Below are positions 27,997 to 33,668 of a stretch of DNA of 33,668 nt, in pieces. Made by a program: the position numbers and the translations under genes. The stretch comes from Candidatus Delongbacteria bacterium (GTDB lineage Bacteria; UBA4055): the NCBI GenBank assembly GCA_016937995.1, contig JAFGVM010000020.1:1-33668 (forward strand), in the 5' to 3' direction. Below the pieces are notes generated by a model. That model was not told the origin of the DNA. It did not search any database and worked only from the letters and a program-made list of their open reading frames with translations. Numbering within the stretch: position 1 is the first letter of the stretch; each line of letters starts with the position of its first letter.

Positions 27997-30144
27997 ATGT
28001 ATAAACGTTTAAGTTTGGTAATGTTATTTGTTTTTATATCCTATTCTTTTGCTTTCAATCCAAGGTTAGCAAAACCGCAGAAACTCGTAAAAGCACCTAG
28101 AATGATTGAACACAATTCTATAACTTCATCATCAGGTAAGATGTATTATGGAAATAACGATGGAATGTTTGGTAAGAGTGCTAACGGTTACGGATGGTAT
28201 CAGGGTTATAACAGAAAAGTACAGTATAATCTTAACACATTTATCGAAGAAGATATGTATGGTTCAGTGTTCAGAAAACTATATTTACTTTCTGGTTCAG
28301 GAACCATTGGTGGACTTGCAGGAATGATCGAAGGAGATCCATCGAATCCAACTTTCTCATACGGAAATTTTCAGGTTTACGATAGTTCAATTTATCAAAC
28401 AGTAGGTACTGATCCCGGTGGTAGATATCCTTATACGTGTGAATTCATTAATGGATATGTTTTTGGGATGTTCAATGATTATGATACAACTTCAGATCAT
28501 ACTATATCACAACCGATGTTCGTAATTGGTGATTTTTCCTGGGGGTATAATTTTACAACCTGGACGAACCCGAGAAGAGTGGAATGTTCCCAAAGCGGTA
28601 CTGTTATTCCGAATGCATGGCAGGGTACTGGTGATGTGGTATATGATCCGGATTCGGAATATTATTACTGGACTCAGGGATGGAATGAAAGTCTTGACAG
28701 TCTGGCTTTATCAGTAACTGTAGGCAGAACACAGACACCTTTTGATGCAGGCAGCTGGGAATGGACAGATCATAATCTACTTAAATATGATTGTATAAGT
28801 TATGTGGATACACCAACTTTATCAGCATTTGGGAATATGCATTTTAGTTACGCTAAAGATATTTATGGAAATGGAACCGGCTACGGGATCGGAGTAGTAA
28901 TGTCAGCGATTGATGGTCAAATAAATCCAAGTGTTTCTTATGTTTATACAACCGACTGGGGTGCTGACGATAATTCAGGGACATGGGAACCTAACTGGAA
29001 AGATCCTTCAATGCCAGGTATGTTCAGCGCATTTTATACTATTAATGCTTCAGATATTTTTGACTGGTACGGAGAGACTTTGACAACTTATGATTCGATT
29101 GGATACAACTACATTACAGAGGAAGTAGTTTACGATACTACAACAGTTACTATGGATGACCCATTTATTTCATGGAATATTTCAGCAGTTACAACAGAAA
29201 ATAATACAGTACATGTTCTTTTGAAAGTTTTCCCTGCATCAAGTGATAACAACTATGTCATTTATCCATGGACAGATAATGGGTTCAGATCAGGTTATTA
29301 CGATCTGAGAGGTCAGATCAGTGAAACAGGAGTTACATGGCAAAAAGCTGTATTAATAGCAAATTTTGTAGATACTCATAACGGATGGGAAGTTGAAGAT
29401 AATGGAATTGAATGGAAATATGATGATTTCAATACTTTAAGTATCAGTTATGCTGGATACGGACAATTATTTGCTGGATGGCTTGACAAACCGGAATTTA
29501 GAGCAATTCCGTTTGAAACAGACAGTTTATACAATTTTTATAAGTATTATGATGATGGATATGCTACTATTTCGTATGATGGTGGTGATTCCTGGGGTGA
29601 GTTGTTAGTTGATAAAGTGGAAACAGGTATTCCGGAAGACCCGATATGGTATATAAAGTATGCCGCTAATGTTACAAACACTGATGATGTCGTTGATGAA
29701 GGGTGGAGTTTCTCTAACCATGGCCGATATTCACAAGGTGTTACATTTACTTTCGCAGGATGTCAATATTCCGATCCTGCAAGTTCTGGGAACTCGTATT
29801 TGGAAAAAGAGCAGTTCCTGTCAACTTGGTGTGTCGCGTATAAGACAGGTAGTATAGAAGCTGAACCAGTTTCTATTGCAAAAGATTTTGAACTGTCACA
29901 GAACTACCCGAATCCGTTCAATCCGGTTACAAGTATAAATTTTATTTTGAAAAATAATGCTGATGTAAAACTTTCAGTATATAACTCTAAAGGTGAGTTA
30001 GTATCAAACTTAAAGAATGAAAAAATGACAAAAGGTTCACATTCAGTGAATTTTGATGCTACAAATCTTAATTCAGGACTATATTTTTATACATTGAAGG
30101 TCAATGACAGGTCAGAATCAAAGAAAATGATCTTGGTAAAATAA
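27997..30144 (+). CDS. secreted protein with a T9SS-type C-terminal domain, function unknown
   Basis: Signal peptide ending SFA, acidic/aromatic beta-rich body, SYDGGDSW Asp-box-like motif, LSQNYPNPFNPVT..SGLYFY..KKMILVK; GAGGAG RBS. Confidence 0.88.
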   Translation: MYKRLSLVMLFVFISYSFAFNPRLAKPQKLVKAPRMIEHNSITSSSGKMYYGNNDGMFGKSANGYGWYQGYNRKVQYNLNTFIEEDMYGSVFRKLYLLSGSGTIGGLAGMIEGDPSNPTFSYGNFQVYDSSIYQTVGTDPGGRYPYTCEFINGYVFGMFNDYDTTSDHTISQPMFVIGDFSWGYNFTTWTNPRRVECSQSGTVIPNAWQGTGDVVYDPDSEYYYWTQGWNESLDSLALSVTVGRTQTPFDAGSWEWTDHNLLKYDCISYVDTPTLSAFGNMHFSYAKDIYGNGTGYGIGVVMSAIDGQINPSVSYVYTTDWGADDNSGTWEPNWKDPSMPGMFSAFYTINASDIFDWYGETLTTYDSIGYNYITEEVVYDTTTVTMDDPFISWNISAVTTENNTVHVLLKVFPASSDNNYVIYPWTDNGFRSGYYDLRGQISETGVTWQKAVLIANFVDTHNGWEVEDNGIEWKYDDFNTLSISYAGYGQLFAGWLDKPEFRAIPFETDSLYNFYKYYDDGYATISYDGGDSWGELLVDKVETGIPEDPIWYIKYAANVTNTDDVVDEGWSFSNHGRYSQGVTFTFAGCQYSDPASSGNSYLEKEQFLSTWCVAYKTGSIEAEPVSIAKDFELSQNYPNPFNPVTSINFILKNNADVKLSVYNSKGELVSNLKNEKMTKGSHSVNFDATNLNSGLYFYTLKVNDRSESKKMILVK

Positions 30145-30151
30145 AGATTCC

Positions 30152-30215
30152 GTAAAGACGTGATTTATCACGTATCAAGCTACCCCTGGATATCCGTGTC
30201 AAGCACGAATATGAC
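30152..30215. repeat. two REP-like palindromes
   Basis: GTAAAG-ACGTGA-TTTA-TCACGT (variant of the 27853 unit) and, on the minus strand, GTCATATTCGTG-CTTGA-CACGGATATCC. Confidence 0.65.
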
Positions 30216-30243
30216 ATAATAAATTCAGGAAGACAAAAATTGT

Positions 30244-30276
30244 AAGGGCGTTTTTTTTGAACGCCCTTTTCTTTTT
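30244..30276 (+). terminator. intrinsic terminator
   Basis: AAGGGCGTT/AACGCCCTT stem followed by TTCTTTTT. Confidence 0.75.
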
Positions 30277-30280
30277 ATAT

Positions 30281-31246
30281 TTACGGTGCGGAAATAGTGA
30301 ATGAAGCATCACTATTGTCCACTATCGTTCCTACAGGAATACTTGTTATTCTGACCTTATAATTTGAACCGACAGGTATTGTTAATGGAATACTCCAGAC
30401 AAATGAACCGTTACTTGCAGTAGAATCACTTATAGTTGCCTCAAGAGTTGAAGCTCTGAATAATTCTATTTTTACATCTTCAAAAAGATTATCCTGCCAA
30501 TGTATAGTCTGATCAGTTCCCACTGTCCAATTTTCTCCACCGTTTGGTGTTGTAATCTGAATAAAAGGAGAATCTGTAATAGTGAATCCTGAATTACTGA
30601 CATCACTTATCGTAGTTTCTAGTCCTGTGATCTTGACGGTATAATCGGTTGCAGTTAATTGATCATCAGGGATTGTCCATGAAAAAATACCATCGTTTTC
30701 TGAAGAACCGGAAATGTAATACTGAAATATTGTTGAAGAACGGAAAAGTTCTATTTTCACCAAACTGTCTTCAGTGTTAACATTCCATACAATATCATGA
30801 ATACTTCCCTGATTCCATACTTCAGATCCGTTAGGGATGTTTACGGTCAGTGTTTGTGTTTGAGTTACTGTTACAAGAATATGTAAAGACTCTCCGATAT
30901 TACCCGCTTCATCATAAGCCTTCAAGAAAATAATATGGTCACCTTCTTTGTCAACAGTTCCCCAAATATATTCGAACGGACTAGGAATACTATCAACTGA
31001 TACTTGAATACTGTCAACATAGAATTCAACTTTTGTTACTCCGACATTATCGGAAGCTCCAGCAGTCATTGTAACAGGAATGCCACCGATCACTTCAAAG
31101 CTGTCAGCAGGTGCTATAAACCAAACAGTAGGTGATGTTGTATCAACTGTTGGAGATGTTGAGCCATCGTCATCGTCACTACACGAGATCATGATTCCCA
31201 TTAACGCAATCATGACAAAAAGAAAACCTAGTAATTTTAACTTCAT
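30281..31246 (-). CDS. lipoprotein with three Ig-like domains
   Basis: Lipobox-like MISC, Big-like domain ASDNVGVTKVEFYVD, two repeats PNG.E.W..G....I.W...VKIELFR..NG.F.W.IP; AAGGAG RBS. Confidence 0.85.
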   Translation of the reverse strand: MKLKLLGFLFVMIALMGIMISCSDDDDGSTSPTVDTTSPTVWFIAPADSFEVIGGIPVTMTAGASDNVGVTKVEFYVDSIQVSVDSIPSPFEYIWGTVDKEGDHIIFLKAYDEAGNIGESLHILVTVTQTQTLTVNIPNGSEVWNQGSIHDIVWNVNTEDSLVKIELFRSSTIFQYYISGSSENDGIFSWTIPDDQLTATDYTVKITGLETTISDVSNSGFTITDSPFIQITTPNGGENWTVGTDQTIHWQDNLFEDVKIELFRASTLEATISDSTASNGSFVWSIPLTIPVGSNYKVRITSIPVGTIVDNSDASFTISAP

Positions 31247-31335
31247 TTTTTACTCCTTTATATTTAAATTATGATATTAGCAATATAACTAAAATAAGAC
31301 AATAAGTCAATTGAATAACTATGATTCTGTTTATT

Positions 31336-31365
31336 AAAAAAAGGGGACGATAAGAAATCGTCCCC
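31336..31365 (-). terminator. intrinsic terminator after the TrmH gene
   Basis: Minus strand GGGGACGAT-TTCTT-ATCGTCCCC-T7. Confidence 0.85.
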
Positions 31366-31385
31366 AACATTACATGGGTTCATCA

Positions 31386-32180
31386 CTACAGCTTTCGTTG
31401 TCTGACTGCTTCGTAAAGCACGATCGTTGCTGCCTGATTTACATTCAGAGAATCAGCAAAACCTTCCATCGGGATCTTGACCAAAGTATTGGCATTTTCT
31501 TTAAATTCATCGGATAATCCAAAAGCTTCTGAACCGACTACAATAGCAACTTTGTTTGAATAATCGATATCATAATACATCTTCTCAGCATAGGGATCAG
31601 CAGCTACGATCTCAACATTGTTCTCTTTTAAAAATGTAATAACATCTGTAGTATCTGCTTCAACGATCTTCTTTGAAAATATAGTTCCAGTAGAAGCTCT
31701 GATAACATTTGGATTTCTATAGTCAGTGATCTTATTTGCAAGAATTATAGTGTCAATCCCTGCTCCATCAGCAGTTCTTATCAAAGCACCGAGATTTCCG
31801 GGTTTTTCAATAGATTCAGCGACAAGGATCAAAGAATTTTTATCAATTTTGATATCATCAAATCTTGAAGGAATGAATTCTGCTTTGACAATTATTCCGA
31901 ACGGATTGTTCTTATACGCGATCTTCTCAAAAACATACTTATCGACCTGAATCAATTTTTCAGAGTTTGCCATAACATCTGCGAATAATTCTTTCTGATC
32001 GTTTTCTATAAGTTCAGGGCAAAAATATGATTCTAAAAATTTAATATCTGCTGCTAAAGCTCTCTCAAGTTCTCTACTTCCCTCGATCAAAATTTCATTT
32101 TCGGAAAGCTTACCATTCTTATTTCTGAATTTAATAAGGTCTTTTATTTTTTCATTTTTAGCACTGGTAATTTCTGTCAT
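31386..32180 (-). CDS. SPOUT/TrmH-family RNA 2'-O-methyltransferase
   Basis: EKPGNLGALIRTADGAG, VGSEAFGLS, IPMEGFADSLNVNQA. Confidence 0.95.
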   Translation of the reverse strand: MTEITSAKNEKIKDLIKFRNKNGKLSENEILIEGSRELERALAADIKFLESYFCPELIENDQKELFADVMANSEKLIQVDKYVFEKIAYKNNPFGIIVKAEFIPSRFDDIKIDKNSLILVAESIEKPGNLGALIRTADGAGIDTIILANKITDYRNPNVIRASTGTIFSKKIVEADTTDVITFLKENNVEIVAADPYAEKMYYDIDYSNKVAIVVGSEAFGLSDEFKENANTLVKIPMEGFADSLNVNQAATIVLYEAVRQRKL

Positions 32181-32197
32181 AATGACTCCGTGTTATG

Positions 32198-32217
32198 CAA
32201 GGGACTGGAGTCCCTTG
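32198..32217. repeat. REP-like palindrome between mazG and the TrmH gene
   Basis: CAAGGGACT-GG-AGTCCCTTG, no T-tract. Confidence 0.5.
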
Positions 32218-32238
32218 TTCCAAATAGTGATAAGGGCA

Positions 32239-33015
32239 TTATTTCTTTTCTTTAGATTTAGCCTCATCCCAGAAAAAATCCAGTTCTTCTAAAGATTTAT
32301 CTCTCATCTTCTCTCCGTTATCTTCGACCTTCTCTTCGATATAATTAAATCTACTGATGAATTTGTTGTTCGCTTTCTGAAGAGCATCCTCGGGATTGAC
32401 CTTAAGTTTCTTAGCCAGATTTACCATTACAAACAGAACATCACCGATCTCCTCTTCAATATTGGCAGTGTCATTATTTTGGATACCTTCTTCAAGTTCT
32501 CCCATCTCTTCTTTGATTTTTTCAATGATATCAACTGGGTTATCCCATTCAAAACCGACAGATGCTACTTTTTCCTGTATCCTCAAAGATCTCAACAAGG
32601 CATTGTAACTTCTCGGGACTCCATCAAGAATTCTTTTCTTACCCTCTTTATCTTTCTTTATCAGTTCCCAGTTAAGTTTTACCTGTTCAGCGCTGAGATC
32701 ATTTTCTCTTTCTCCAAAAATATGCGGATGTCTTCTGATAAGTTTTTCACTGATGGATTCAGCAACATCTTCTATGTTAAAGTCATTATTTTCACTAGCG
32801 ATCTGAGACTGAAGAACTATCTGTAGAAGAAGGTCGCCGAGTTCTTTCTTTAACTCCTCTTTATTATCGTCTTCAATAGCTTCGATAACTTCATAAGCTT
32901 CTTCAAGAATATATTTTCTTAAAGTATCCGGTGTCTGTTTTATATCCCAGGGGCAACCATTCTTTTTATCTCTGAGTTTAGCAACGATATTTATAAGTTT
33001 TTTTATTTGTTCCAT
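32239..33015 (-). CDS. mazG: nucleoside triphosphate pyrophosphohydrolase MazG
   Basis: GCPWDIKQT, EEAYEV, ELGDLLLQ, KLIRRHPHIF, second domain EEIGDVLF. Confidence 0.96.
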   Translation of the reverse strand: MEQIKKLINIVAKLRDKKNGCPWDIKQTPDTLRKYILEEAYEVIEAIEDDNKEELKKELGDLLLQIVLQSQIASENNDFNIEDVAESISEKLIRRHPHIFGERENDLSAEQVKLNWELIKKDKEGKKRILDGVPRSYNALLRSLRIQEKVASVGFEWDNPVDIIEKIKEEMGELEEGIQNNDTANIEEEIGDVLFVMVNLAKKLKVNPEDALQKANNKFISRFNYIEEKVEDNGEKMRDKSLEELDFFWDEAKSKEKK

Positions 33016-33130
33016 TATGTTCCTTTTTAATAGTTAACCGGAATATATGAATTTTATTAGAATTTTTCATTGAAATTGTTTTATCTTTACTTGTATAACA
33101 TTTTTGGGAAAAGTCCAGAAGGGATGAAAA

Positions 33131-33257
33131 CCTGAATTAAAGTAATAAGTGCAACGGTTAGCCCACTCCAAAGAATATAGCTTCTGGAGTTTTATAATTC
33201 AATGTTTTTCTTGGTCTTCTATTTATTTTATCCACAGCTTTTTGAAGTTCTTCATCA
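33131..33257 (-). mobile_element. IS30-family element, right end with the transposase C-terminus, interrupted
   Basis: Minus strand 33256-33158 reads DEELQKAVDKINRRPRKTLNYKTPEAIFFGVG*, matching the IS30 NxRPRKxLxYKTP motif; followed by an IR-like end GTTGCACTTATTACTTTAATTCAGG. Confidence 0.8.
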
Positions 33258-33326
33258 TGGACTATACCCGAAAAGCTGGACAAAATGCTAAGACCAACTT
33301 AAATTTATGATAAAAAAGGAGGTCTC

Positions 33327-33620
33327 ATGTCCGGGAAACGAAGGAAGTACACAAAAGAGTTTAAAACTGAGTCGGTAGAGTACCTGCTCAAAAGTGATAA
33401 AACTATGAAGGAAGTGAGCGAGAGCCTGGGAGTAGATTACTGGTCTCTGTCGAAATGGAAGAAGGCGTATTTGAATGAAGGTAAAAAAGCTTTTGCGGGT
33501 AAACCTGATCTTTCAGATTTGGAAAAAGAAAACAAGAGGCTAAAGAGAGCTCTTGAAGACGCAGAGATGGAGAAAGCCATCTTAAAAAAGGCTATGGCCA
33601 TCTTCTCGCAAAAAGAATAG
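33327..33620 (+). CDS. IS3-family transposase OrfA
   Basis: RRKYTKEFK HTH, LSKWKK, zipper ENKRLKR..EKAILKKA; AAGGAGG RBS. Confidence 0.93.
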   Translation: MSGKRRKYTKEFKTESVEYLLKSDKTMKEVSESLGVDYWSLSKWKKAYLNEGKKAFAGKPDLSDLEKENKRLKRALEDAEMEKAILKKAMAIFSQKE

Positions 33621-33668
33621 TTAAGTATGAGATTATAAATGATCTCAGGGCTCGATTTACTATTGAGA
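33587..33668 (+). CDS. IS3-family OrfB N-terminus (-1 frame, partial)
   Basis: A_AAA_AAG at 33584-33590; the -1 frame KGYGHLLAKRIVKYEIINDLRARFTIE stays open to the window end. Confidence 0.8.

Larger units (their letters stand above)
33258..33668 (+). mobile_element. IS3-family element, left part, runs off the window
   Basis: IRL-like TGGACTATACCCGAAAAGCTGGACA, orfA, slippery site, start of orfB. Confidence 0.9.

Overview
AT-rich bacterial chromosomal window using the standard genetic code. It probably comes from an FCB-superphylum lineage: two secreted proteins end in NYPNPFNP..T T9SS/Por-type C-terminal domains and the RpoC C-terminal region is FCB-like. The exact phylum cannot be fixed from sequence alone. 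Left (1-8.4 kb): MBL-fold hydrolase, pepD, an ABC-2 exporter pair, a small hypothetical, a PilZ protein with an HTH-like tail, a type IV pilin, a TPR protein and a 490-aa membrane protein whose C-terminus looks pilin-like. Centre (8.5-21.1 kb): tRNA-Thr/Tyr/Gly/Thr, rpmG, tRNA-Trp, secE, nusG, rplKAJL and rpoBC, with no tuf in the cluster and with extra inserts in RpoB and RpoC. Right (21.1-33.7 kb): ftsK, a MEMO/AmmeMemoRadiSam B gene, an M6 metalloprotease, deoC, a secreted T9SS-type protein flanked by REP-like palindromes, an Ig-domain lipoprotein, a TrmH methyltransferase, mazG, and the 3' end of an IS30-family element interrupted by an IS3-family element. The best candidate for an undescribed system is the 2.7-8.4 kb pilin-associated module. 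This rests on motif recognition by eye; no searches were run.
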